From assembly GCA_964035545.1 (NCBI GenBank), contig OZ037765.1, positions 16,306,995 through 16,370,994 on the forward strand: DNA of 64,000 nucleotides, read 5' to 3'. Every line of letters begins with the position of its first letter. Within the stretch, counting starts at the first letter, position 1. This stretch comes from Bugula neritina. Lineage: Eukaryota > Animalia > Bryozoa. The notes beneath the pieces are model-generated. The model was not told the origin of the DNA. It was given only the letters and a program-made list of their open reading frames with translations, and searched no databases. Positions 14,701 through 27,500 of this stretch are shown here, in pieces. Position numbers and translations under genes: made by a program.

Positions 14701-17700
14701 TATTGAAGGTAGCTGAACGTATAACTACTAGACCCAGCTGCAAATAATTATTTTATAGCTCAGGCAATCTCCCCCCCCCTCTCTGAAGGTATGTAGTGAT
14801 GAGAGTGTATTTAGTTTTTATACTCAATAATGAACTATACCACATCGTATACTTCAGTGTAAGAATTTCAACTTATTTATAGTAAATAGTGTTGTATAAA
14901 GAGTTACAACTAGGCTAGAGCCTTTCACCACTTACACTGTATGTATTAATGTTATTATCAGCTAAATTCCGAATATTATTCATATTTCGCTGTTTAAAAA
15001 GACCCAAGTTGATAAAGAAAACTGGTGCTGATTAGCTAACAGAAGAGTAATTATTTGAAACTAAGTTCAAAGCATTTCTGAATGATAACTTTGAGTAAAT
15101 TAATGTAATTGAGATTTATATTATATGATGAATCAAATTGCATGGGCTGCCAATAACTATACGCATAATACTATATTGTTGTGGTCACCTTAATCCAGTT
15201 ACAATTATTACATGCTACATTAATATAGCTTTTATATAACTATCGATCAAAATAAATCAGTTAATACTCTGCTGTGATAGTTACTGTAAGTAATTTGCTA
15301 GCATTAGTTGTTGTAACAATTCACTCTATACTCATACACAGTGAGCAGTAACACACACTCTCATTAGATAACTCTAGTTCATTTTATTCAGTTTTCTCTT
15401 GGAAAGTAGATAATTCTTATTGAGCTGCGTAGATTTATGATGGTTTCGTTGACTATCAAGGCAATGCAACTTATAGGTTTATGGCTCAAATGAAGAATAA
15501 TTTTTACTTCATAGAACAAATGAGTTACTTGGGGTTTAAATTAGTTTTACTAATTAGACACAAAGGATTTATTTTGGTTAGAACTATGTCTGCATAATGC
15601 ATAAATCATAGCTTTTGATTAGCACCAGTCAAATTAAACTATAATAGTTTTTGTACTTGCAATTATATGAGAGTTGGTTTTAAAAAATATAATTAATCAA
15701 AATAATAGCTTATACTTCATTTCTCAACTTTTTAAGTTGAAAGTAATTGCTATATTCAATCAGTAATGACAGTTCAGAATATGCCACGCAGCTGGCAAAC
15801 GTCAACCCCCTGCCAATGTGAGATGTAAAGGGATTGTAAATTGATTACATGTTATGAAGAGCATCACTAATTCGTATTTTAAGCTCCTTTATATAATTAT
15901 TTAAAACTTTATTTGAAGGCAACCAACTAATAAAAAGGTCAGCTGAGCTTATCATAGCCTCAGTAACAAAGCAGCATAGTGGAAGATATAGATGTGAGGC
16001 TACAAATAATCCCACATCCTATGATGGAACTAGTTCTTCATTTTCAGACTTTGATGAGGTCTTTGTCAATGTGCAGTGTAAGTATTCTACTCAGCATCAA
16101 AATAAAACAAGATTATATTTTTAAACTTTTTTTAATAACATTGATAAAACCTTTTTTTAGTGTCATTTATTATCTGTAGAGAAATTTCACTGATAACATC
16201 AACCTTGCTTCATCAATTTGTATTTCATATCCGCCTGGTGACTGCAGCTGAATAACATGCTATGAATAACACTAAATGCTGCAATCAATTTATATGAAGA
16301 TATAATCAGTTTATATAATTATATTCCATTCTATTGCTTTTAATTACACATTTTGTTGTCCTGTCCATAATTGCCATTGTTTCAAAAGTTCATGTCCTCT
16401 GCACCACCTGTAAACTGTATACACAGAAGCATGCCAAGATCTGCATCTAAACAGGATAATGATTTATGTGATTAGCTACTGGTTAGAGTTTAGTAATACT
16501 TGAACATGTGCTGGAAGTGGGTTGTCAAACAAGCTCTGCTATTTTTTATAAATGTGTTTCCAATAGCTTAGCAAAAGTTTTATAAATATGCTGACAACTT
16601 ATTTAGACCTGGGACTTTTGGCAAATTGGAAAGATACATCTATAATTTTTATATTTATAACATAAATATAAAAACTTTGTTTCCTATACTTAACTGTAAA
16701 CATCGCATTTGATAAATATTGCAGAGACCAACAAACTAGGTGAATAGAAAAAAGAGTATTAATATAATGACACTTTTATTATAAGTTTTTCAATACAAAG
16801 TAGTTATATTATGTATGCAAAACAATTAATTAGATCATAAAGCTAAACAATCCCACAACACTCTGTATTTTTAAGAGTTTCATTGAATAATTATTTGTTA
16901 CCCTGTGGTAAAGATTTGCATCCTATGAATTTGACTTGAGTGATTGAACTATTACTAAACACAAAGCCTGTTTTATAGATGGACCTAAACAACCTACTTT
17001 TGAAGTAAGCCCATCAAATCCATCAGGAGAATACAGGGCGCAAGAGAGAGTAGTAATGAAATGCATCGTGCAAGGTACTTGAGCTAGCTTAAAAACATAT
17101 TTAGACTTTGGTAATAATAAGACTCACAGACACACTTATTGGATCATATTTGAATACTCGAGGACTTGCAATTCAATAATCAATCCATGTTTGTAAAAAA
17201 TGATTTTTAAAGTGTTCAGTTGACCTACCAAAGTCAACAATTGTAATGTTGATACGGCGACAGCTTTTCTAGTAGATCATGTGAATGGTTGAAGCACAGT
17301 CAAAAGTACTAAATGAAGTGAGCTGTATTGTACATCCAATGCTTCCAGATTCTACATTCAACAAAATATATTTGAACATGCATATAATATATTTATTCCA
17401 TCTTTACATATCCTATGTGATATCATGCTGCTATATACGTATAGCACATTGATACATCTTATAGACCTGGGAAACCCTGCCGGAATAATCAGATGGTATA
17501 AGACAAACCAGTCTGACCCCTTAGGCGCTGTCAGTGCTGACCTAATACTTGACAATCCTCAAGTATCTGATGGAGGAACATACTGGTGTCAAGTGGAGAA
17601 TACTATTTCTTCTGCAATTTCAAATAGACTAACCATAAAGTTTGCAGGTAAATACAATAAGATGTACACTCAACACTATGTGTTACATGCACATATATTG

Positions 17701-20700
17701 TGGTTGGGGATCTTTGGGATTGTCAACACATATAAAATGGTATAGACTCACTGTCATCTTCTATAAGGTAACTATAGTAAGAAGGTTTACCTACATAGTA
17801 CCATTTCTTTTTCCCATTAAAGTACTAATTTCGTGACTCATTAGGCAAATTGGTGGACTTCTAGAGTCTTTTCACTGTCTGTAATGGTGACTAGAATGTC
17901 TAAGCAGTTCCACTGTTTCTGTTGAATAATGTTTGTTTAGTAGAAAAAGTTTGCTTACATCTATTCAAGTTTACCTTCTTTCTATCACAGTGATCTGTTC
18001 TCTTTAACACACAGGGATTAGTGGTACTTTATTCAACAGCTAGCAGTTATTGCCATAAATTGCTGTAAGCCAACGTGGTGACAGTTTCTATGCATTTTTT
18101 TAGCCAGTATATGCCACATGCTGCATAATAATACAATACCTATCACCTACTTATCCTTACTCGTAGCCAAGTATGTGATGTTTTGAACTGTCCAAGCCTT
18201 CTACCTTTTTTTAGAAATGATTTATTACCAAAACCCATTTAGCATTCGATATGGTTCTATGTGATACTTTATAGCCCTGAAATCAGACTTACTGTCTATT
18301 GAATATCAAATCCTAATTTAATTAAAAAATTTGGATTAAGACTAAAGTTAGACGCAGGCTTTACCCACCCTTTTTGTTTTTAGACGTTCCACAGCTCTGG
18401 AGTCTCAACAGCTCAAAGGAGACAAATGTATCTATTGGCACAATCAATCATCAATTACAGTGTGCATATCGAGGGTTCCCTACACCTGAAATTTACTGGT
18501 ATAAAGACTCTAAGGCTATCTCTGGTGATACGGGGCTATATACAGTAAAAAGTGACACTATTAGAGATGTAGAGCCTTATCATAGAGTGACTAGCACTCT
18601 GAGGTTTGCAGGTAAGCTTTGGTTTTCATCTCAAATGTAGCTACTAGTGCACAAGTCACTGGTGACATTTTTAAATGGAAAATGTCTTAATTCCATTTAC
18701 ATGTAAACGTTTCCAAATTGGCAACTGGCCATGCCCCAAACAAACTTTAAATGCTTTAATCTAGGTTTATCCACTGGGGAATTATAAACCCCATTGAACA
18801 AGCTAAATAAGTTGAAACCAGTTTAAAATAATTGTTAATGCTTACCATTTGATATGTTGGAGCATACAACTTACAATACTCTTCACATGTACTAAAATTA
18901 AAAGTTTAAGCAATTGTTATTTTGGTATGCATGAATAAGTTTATGCACGTCATGCCATATGAATAGTATTATAGTTATTCTACTGAATCACATAAAACAT
19001 GTCTCTCAGTGATGGCAGTGAAACCAGCCAGTGTTAAATGATTTTAGGTAAAAATGTCACAGTTGATAATGGCACAAATAGAAAAGTAGGTAAAAATAGC
19101 ACATTGATGTTAAATTTTCCTAAACCCCAAAACCCCACCTCAAACCCCAATATTGCAAATGTGCCATTTTACCTACTTTTTATTTATGCCACTATTACCT
19201 GTGCCATTATTATTTGTGTCATTATTACCTGTGCCATTATTTTCTGCCAGTTTTACCTGTGCCACTTTTACCGGACACCAGTGTTGAGTATTTATTCACA
19301 GTATAAATTTATGCTTACTTATACTTTGCTTATGTCTGCAGGCAAAGATAGAGAATCCGGTTTAATGGTGAATGACTTTGCCAGGTACAGCTGTATAGCA
19401 TATAACTCTGTTGGGAAGAGCAAACTAAACTATGAAATTCACTTAAATGTCTTGTGTAAGTAACAATATAATTATTTATTACTTTCTACAATACTCAAAG
19501 TAATATAGGCTACAGTTTTGTGATATGAAAAGCATTGATGAAGTTTCAAAATGATAATAAATTTCATGAATTTTTGAAACAAGCAGATGATAAAAATGTC
19601 GCCTATTACAGTACAGATTATTTATTTTATATTTTAGTTCCTCCTAAATTTTCTGGCTTCAGCAAAGCAGCTACAGAAGTAGGGCTAGATGTGGAAATTA
19701 ACTGTTTAGTTCTCAGCTATCCTCCGGTCACTAGCATACAGTTCTTCCGGGGAGGAAACCTCATTGAGCCAAATAGCAAATATTCCTTTAGTATTTCTGA
19801 GTATAATGTCGACAACAGAGTCTATCAGCAAAAGAGGTCACTGAAAGTGATATCTGTATCAGCTGAAGATTACGGGGATTATAGGTGTGAAGCTACCAAC
19901 GCTCTAGGTACTGAGTTTACAGATATTAAGCTAATAAAGACATCAATACCTGATCCACCAACAGGGCTTGTTAGTACAAATGTCACATGGGGCTCGGTGA
20001 CCCTTTCTTGGACTGCTGCATTCGATGGTGGATTTACACAAGCTTTTACTGCCGAAGAAATCACAGAAAACAAATTAATTGAAGGTATCAGGGAGACCCA
20101 ATTTACATTCCAAGGTATGTACAGCAGTTTTTTCTCAAAAAGCAATTGTAACAAAATACATGTATAATTATCAGGGTTTTCCATAGCTTCTAATTTGAAG
20201 GGACAATAAATGAAATTCCATGAACTGACCACTAGGAAAAGAAAAAAAAACTTCAATAATTGTGATACCTATTTTTGGTTTAAATATAACTCATGTAAAT
20301 TTTTCATCAAGATTGTGGTGACCAGTTTGTACCTGACCACCAACTGTTCTTTAACAGAACTCTTTCTAATTTTCAATGCTTTGCTGCAATAACCTAAGTT
20401 ATATGTTTCCAGGTCTTAGCCCTTTAAAAACATACAAGTTCAGAGTTTATTCCACTAATAAGCAAGGATCTAGTGGAAAGTCACAAGAACTAAGTGTAAC
20501 TACACTCAGCATTCAGATCCCACCTTCTACTTTGGTATTCGATGAAAAGAGTATGACTGTAAAAGTCAATGTCAACTCCACAGCCTTTTGTACCAAATTA
20601 CAGGTATATAGTCTTTTTTCACTGAGTATATAACGTGATGTATACAGAGCATATTGTGTTAGCATACTTATACTCAGTGGTAAATTATGATTCTATAAGT

Positions 20701-22891
20701 TAATTGATCATATGTAATTTACAAAGTTTCGGTTAATGCTATGGCTACAAAAATGTAGATGCTTACTAACATGTGAAAAACAACTTTGCATAGACCACCA
20801 CTGCAATAAGATAGAAATATCTTAACACATTACTTATGATTATTCTTTCATCAGGGAAGTTTAGATGGACAGCCATATGAGGATGTTTCAGGGGAGTGCA
20901 TTTTTACTTCAAAGGAAATACTAGTGCGAGGACTTCCTTATATGTCATATAGAGTCGCAACATGTGTGGTAAACCGGCCAGATATCTGCAATGAGTCATC
21001 CAGTAAGTGCCAAATACTTTAGCTTCTTTTGGTTGACAAATAATTTATCAAAGCACTGAGTTAAAGCAGTGAAGTAATTAATTAGTTTTCATGTATATTT
21101 TTTTCTGCTTGATGCAACTAATAGAATGAAAAGTAACCAGAAAGCATTGGTTATTTCTGTTCAATGCTTATTTCATGTGAATATTCTACAGGTGTAGCAG
21201 CCCAAACCACAGCCAAGAACAATCAAAAAGTGGTTATAGGAGTTGTGGTCTCTGTATTTTTGGTGCTATTGATTATCGTAGTCATTATAGCTGTGATAAT
21301 ACTCAGGAAGAAAAGACAAAACCCAAAGTCGTCAGGAACTGCTAGTAAATCTGGCCACATCAATCCTATTCTAACACCCAAGTAAGCAGATTTGAATCTA
21401 AGCTGTAGTTATAGAAAGGTAGTAGTTTAGTTCACTCAGTATCCCAGTTAACTAAAACATGAATTTACCATTGTACTTTATTCCATCCATATTTCATGTC
21501 GCCCCACTTTGTCACTAAACTTTGCTTTGGAGTTCATAAATACTCTTGTTATCAACATAATTTTAGCTAACATCCACGTAAAAGCTAATTTGCTTATACT
21601 TTTACTTAAACTGCTAATAAAACTTTATGGTGTGCTTCAGTGGAGTGCCCGGGGAAGTGCACTACTCTCATCCTAACCAGTACAATATTAACAGTGACTT
21701 GGACGAAGATGAAATTGATGCTATTCCTTACGGAGAGTTCAAGAATTCTAAAGGTGTGTCATCTCTCTGTAACATAAAAGAGCACAAGTTAATTCAGTAA
21801 TATAGTTGTTTTGATAAAAAGCCTGGACCTTGTTATCTAGCAATGTGAAGTATGTACTTATATGTTGTATTAGTCGTCATAGCAACTAACCTTAGAGATA
21901 TGCTGCTGCGCATTGACCCAAGAAATCAAATAACTGTTTTTGGTTGCTGTGGTTGAACAATAACAAACTTATTTACACTTCTTATAAATGGTGTCACACC
22001 TTGCAACAGTCTTGCTTGATAATGTGAACTGTATCCAGATCAAAATTCAACATGTTATATTCTTCAAGTGAAAAATCAAATAACAAGTTTGCAATCATAA
22101 TATAAGTCAGGCAGACTTTAATTATATTTATCTACAAAGACTATTATAAAGGAATAATGTATTGCTTGTTAAAAACTTTCTATTTTGAAGTTAATAAGCA
22201 ATTTTTAAAAATATTTCTTTTAGCTGAGAGCCCTGTCCCAGCTCAGCAAATGCAAAATTTGGACTACGTATATGCATCTGTGCAAAAGAAGTCATCCGAA
22301 CAGAATAAGATGAATGAAGCTGTAAATGCAACTTATCAAAGCAAGTCGGGAAAGCCTAACAATTTAAATATCCTTGTCAGCGACAATTCAGGTTTAAAAT
22401 TAATATTATATTTCATTAATTGGCTTTTCCATAAGTTCATTAGAATTTTATACATACTATAATGATATTACACATTGTGCGGTATAGCTTTATTGACGTG
22501 GTTATAACTTCATATACTACAATTTTTCAATTATATCATACTAAGATATTTTTCTGAAATTATTGAATTTCAAAATTATTCAAAGGTTGCTGTCAAAACA
22601 GTATAATATTTATAATAGTAAGCATGTAGCTCACTGTTTCAATGATGTGTAATCTCAATCATCTGAAATTATCTGAAATTTTATAAGACAAAAAGTAATG
22701 TGAAATGATTACTTGTAGAAGCTATGGGGTATGATGAGCAACCACCTAGCCCTTACAGGTCTCCAAACGATCTGGCTTTTCTTGGAGATGGAGTGATGTC
22801 ATTTCACCGCTACCCTAGCATGAGTGAGAGTGGTTACTCAACTCCAGACAGCAAACAACTGAAGAAAGTTGTATATGAAGTAATAGTGTAA
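2706..22891 (+). CDS. Echinoid/Friend-of-echinoid-like Ig-superfamily cell adhesion receptor (signal peptide, 7 Ig, FN3 + degenerate FN3, TM, Tyr-rich tail, C-terminal PDZ ligand), ~1085 aa
   Basis: Coding exons with GT-AG boundaries and matching phases: 2706-3075, 10917-11204, 13645-13884, 14524-14643, 15919-16077, 16979-17074, 17465-17647, 18384-18611, 19342-19455, 19638-20114, 20413-20603, 20855-21002, 21192-21381, 21641-21753, 22224-22391, 22719-22891 (sum 3258 nt). Signal peptide MFRVAFAITLWAAVLCA. Ig motifs DSGRYTC, HSGRYRC, DGGTYWC, DYGDYRC. FN3 PDPPTGL...VTLSW...YKFRVYSTN. TM VVIGVVVSVFLVLLIIVVIIAVIIL followed by RKKR. C-terminus ESGYSTPDSKQLKKVVYEVIV*, resembling the Echinoid SGYSTP...EIIV tail as I recall it. 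Possible 5' UTR exon ending at 936 (CAG|GTTAGT). Confidence 0.85.
6639..9829. mobile_element. Degenerate ~3.2-kb non-autonomous DNA transposon, possibly Crypton-type, in an intron of the Ig gene
   Basis: Imperfect terminal inverted repeats: left TGTGACCTGGCACCACAAAACAAGGGATGT (from 6644); right end reverse complement TGTGACCAGTCGCGACAAAACCGGGGATGT (ending 9826). A 6-bp direct repeat ACATTT overlaps both ends (6639-6644, 9824-9829). No intact ORF recognised. Confidence 0.55.
19040..19279. mobile_element. MITE (Mutator-like) with GGTAAAA(A)TGGCACA/TGTGCCATT subterminal repeats
   Basis: Inverted arrays of GGTAAAAATG(G/T)CACA and TGTGCCA(C/T)T(A/T)TTACC, with right terminus TACCGGACACC. Degenerate ~10-bp flanking duplication AGTGTTAAAT / AGTGTTGAGT. 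A related copy in the opposite orientation lies at ~60139-60260. This repeat explains the spurious ORF at 19038. Confidence 0.6.
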
Positions 22892-23203
22892 ACATAAACA
22901 TTTAATATGGTGCTGTAAATGTTATTATTATGCATCAACAGTCTACCTACACCAGTTGCTCATTTACAAAACTACAATTAATTCTTGATAAAATATGTTT
23001 AGCATAAAATGCACATCAACGGCTTACTTGGGTTAAGATTTTAAAAGACTTTTTTATCCAAAAATTTTAGAATATTTTTTTATAAAAAAATGCTATATAC
23101 TTAATGCAAATGTCTGTATGTTATACTTTCAGCATTTTATTAGACAGCAAATGTTAAACCTGGTTTGTATTACTAGTTAGCTTGGATTGTTGAATGGGGC
23201 TTA

Positions 23204-23301
23204 TATATGGGTAAAATAGCCACAATATGTTATATTGAAGTGTATTATATACAGTATATGGATAAAATAGCCACAATATGGTATATTGAAGTGTATTATA
23301 T
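23204..23301. repeat. 51-bp tandem duplication in the 3' region of the Ig gene
   Basis: TATATGG(G/A)TAAAATAGCCACAATATG(T/G)TATATTGAAGTGTATTATATA occurs twice in tandem. Confidence 0.8.
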
Positions 23302-24519
23302 AGTATTATATCTAGTGTGCCATAGTTTGGCTGAGTTTTGTAATATGCAACATTATATAATGGTATTATATACACATGTAAATAGCTTTTTTATGATAAT
23401 ATAAAACTTTCAAAATATATTGGTAGGTGCTAAAAACTAAATTGAATGTAATATGGGACAATTGATACATAATTTTTCAATTTTTGATGTAACATTAACA
23501 ATAAACACCGTTCTTGCAAAATCAATTTAGCTGGTCCTTGTTAGAGTTATTGCAGAAATATGTCTTCATGTCTAATAACTAATGCAAGTCATCTTTTTTT
23601 ACAAAGTACTTGAGAATAAAGTTTAAATGCAAATTAGTGTAACTATAACTTTAGATCAATTTAGTTTATAATTCTAAATATTAAAGAGACAAATGTGCTT
23701 AGTTGGAAAAAACTTAAACAAATGGCAACTTTTAATGGCAAGTAACTATTATAAGGTTATTTGCCAATAACTATTATAACATGGCTATTGGCAAATAAAC
23801 TGAAACTATTAGTGCAGACAACTTCTCTAGGCTGATTTGTATGTCACAAACCCCTTTTAATAAGCAGATATTCCTATATTTTAAGGCAATATTGTTTAGC
23901 CTTATATTGAAAGATAAAATAAGAAAGCATAAAGCTGCTAGTAAGTTAGCAAACATTTCTCTATTGGGATATTCAATAGTTTTCAACTCATCTAATTCAC
24001 ACATTTGTGGTAACAGTTGTAAAAGCCATGTTTCCTAAAATTAATATCTTTCTTATCTTAATATCTTAATTAATATCATAAACTTTCATCCTACAACCTA
24101 CTCTCCAGTTTCAAGCTTTTGCTCAACACTCAACTTGAAGAATTCTATAGGTTGACCATTTTATTTAGAATGCAATTTATTCAAATATTTGCATGGGTAG
24201 ACCATTTGCTTGCATAAACCTTCTGTATAATAGTAAAGTACATGTGGTAGTCGGAGAATAGCTATTATAGTTTTCTTGAATAACTTATATAACAGTTGAG
24301 AAAAAACTTGGTAAAATAACATAATAATGAAAATGCAGAATTCATAATATAGACAACATGCAAATGTATGTAAGGTTCAATTTCAGTCAACAGTTAACTA
24401 GATACAGAAAATATAAAGTTAGTTTAATCTACAAACAATGGTGACTGTTCCACAGAACACTGTCACATCTGTGGTGTATATCCAAAGCTATGTATTCGCA
24501 GAGAATGTGAAAACTGCTC

Positions 24520-27500
24520 CTAAAATCTTATCAACTTCAAGAACACTAGGTTGACTATTGCCAAGAAAGACAGGCTAAAGACGAAGAGAGCAGGATCAAT
24601 TCCCTCAACAATTGCCCGGATACTTCTCATCCCGGAATCTAGTTTACCATATGGTGCATACCGCTTTCTCCCAGGCTAGAAAAATAAAATAGTAAATTAA
24701 TTAGGAAAAGAGTCAAAGGGATGTTTCAAGTATCATCACTCCAAGTTTATAAAAATATCTTTTTTCTAATGATAAGTACACGAGAATATATCTATAGAAA
24801 ATTACTTTGAAGAAACAAACTGGTGTGTTCACAACAGGAAGCTAGTATCCTAACATTGTACTCAAGAGACTATGCAAGAAAACCTTATTTATTATCCGAC
24901 TCTTAAAATTAAATTGAAATTAATATAATCACATCAACATTATAATCTAATGTGTTAAATGATGCATAAGGTCTTAAAAGTTCCCTAAAAAGATATCCTA
25001 ATTATTGTAAATTCAGTGTCGATATTCAACAAAACTATCCTTACTGTTTATTAAATATACTGAAGTGCTAGACAAAGCAATGAGAAACTTGCTATAAAAT
25101 AGGTGAATATATTCCCAGCAGTGGCCTGATTAACATATAAAATAATTAATATTATGAATACCATCATGAGGATTAAATTTCTACTCTCTTAAACCAGCCT
25201 TAGTAGTAATATTTTTGATTAGATGGTTAATGATGTAAATAGCCTAAGAATCAGTTGTGGGACTCAAGTGGTACAACCATGCTTTGGACATAAAAATGAA
25301 CTAGAAATATTATAGTGAAGTATACTCACTAAAATATTGTTCTGTGTAAGATAGGCTATAAGATTTTTGTCATCTTTTGTTAATATGGGAGTGTATTCTT
25401 GAGGGTAGTCGTCTCTTTCCCACCATTTCCTAAATAGCATTCATATATGTTTTTATTATCTGCTGTTATAACTACGTCATTCACCCTGTCATATTTATCA
25501 TTTCTCACAATGCCAATAATCTTCCTCATAATTGGAGGCCTACGCATGCCCATATGTTCATAATTTTTCCCAGTGTACTGATCAAACATGATAAACATAA
25601 GCAGAATTTAAGCCCACTTCTTATTCAGGTAACTTCACCAGATGTTTAAAAATATGGCATCATTTGTAGATCGTAATAGAAATGAATAGCAAGTAGCAGT
25701 AACAATAGTTAAGGAAAAGAGTAAATACTGTAGAAAATAACAATTAAAACCGTGTATGGGATAAAATAATGGACTAGTGAGATTTTAAATAAGGTAGTTG
25801 TTGACCACTTGATGCTAGAGATCACTGGCAACATGCTTGTTCATTTACAACCTACCTTCTCATAGATATGGCAGAGAAGTGATAGGTAAAGAGCTGAGCC
25901 TTGATATACTTGGGTGGTTGGTGAGGAAATGGGCTATCCTGCAAGAGGCTGAGCACAGTGGGTTCATTTTCCAGCAGCCGGTAGAGCATCACAATGAACC
26001 AGTGGTTGTGCTGGTAAGAGCCCAGAGCAGCAAACCACATCTGCCAGTCCAGTCTAGGCTGATGAGGAGCTACATGTATATATACTGTATATTATATGAG
26101 TATCACAACACAATGCATTAGAGTTATCTGCCCAAAATTGGACTAACAAGCAGCAGTAAAAGGCAACGTAATATGAACTTAAAGAATGGCTGCCTACCAA
26201 AATTTATGTTAAAACATTCAGAAATATCAGCAAACTATTATTCTAACCTAATATTTATAATTCCTCAATGCCCTAACGTAATAAACTAATATTATAACCA
26301 TTAGCTACTTGTCATTTGTGCATCAACTGTGAAGTTAATTATATATAGCAACAATTATTATGTTTAATTTTATTTCCACATCAAAAGTAGATGACATCAA
26401 TTTAGCCTTATTTCCATTTCTAACTGCAGCTGATCAGTATTAGTATGAATATTTAAGTTACGTTTATAATTATTTGATGCTTTAATTTAGTGATTGGCCA
26501 GGATGATTATCATGCAATGATCATCACATTGGAGTATCAAAAATTGGGTTTGCAATTGACAATAGAAAATTATTGCAATATTTATCATTGTTAAATTACC
26601 ACACACCATCAATAGCTAATGAGTCATACAATAAAAACATTAATAAGAACTACTATAAGTGACTGAGCAATAAAAATACTCTAAGAAACAGAGCTATACA
26701 TGGGGTAAACAACTGTAAAACTGTATTTTAGTTATAGTGTAAACATATTTGCAACACTGTTTTTTTCTAGTAGTCATTCACATTTAACAACTTTTAGAAA
26801 TAATGATAGTTTCTGCAATTACACAGAAATGAAGATGGCCTACAATTAATTTTAAAAATGAAACCACAATTGTTGTACAAGAATGAGCTCACCAACAATA
26901 GGTGGGCGTCTTTCAAGTTGCCCTGGTTTATATAAAAATGTATATTCTTTCCAGTTAACTTTATCATTACTTCCAAATACAACCACTTCTGGTCTTCCAC
27001 CTACACCAGTCATTCTATAAGAAAGAGATATGATTATACTGTATACACTAATATAACATAGTTGACTTATTCTTAGATATAGGTTCACACTTTACTTACT
27101 AGCATTATACCCAATGGTACTAACTGATTAATAAAGGGATTATATGACAGTGGCTGACATTACAATATTTCACATAATGATTTTTAATATAAGAATAACT
27201 CTGCTACAAAAATAGGCTACAAGCATTATAATATATACCAAATTGAAAGAAACAAAAACATCAGTTTGACTACAAATGTTTAATAGTTTAAAAGTGTATT
27301 CGCTGAAGCAAAGACTGCCCCATGTAGGAAACAACTGATGTTGAGGATAAGTGTATAACTGACTAGTTATTCTCATAATTAAAAATTGACAGTTTCTTCA
27401 TCTAGTATACCTCTAGTGCAGTATTTGATTAAGTACATGCGTGAAAGGTCTGTCCATATTCAGATATGAGCCACCAAAAACATTATCAAAACAATACTTT

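Noticed and set aside
19038-19341. Apparent hydrophobic Cys-rich TM segment in ORF 19038
   Set aside because: It is translation of MITE repeats; the real exon starts at 19342.
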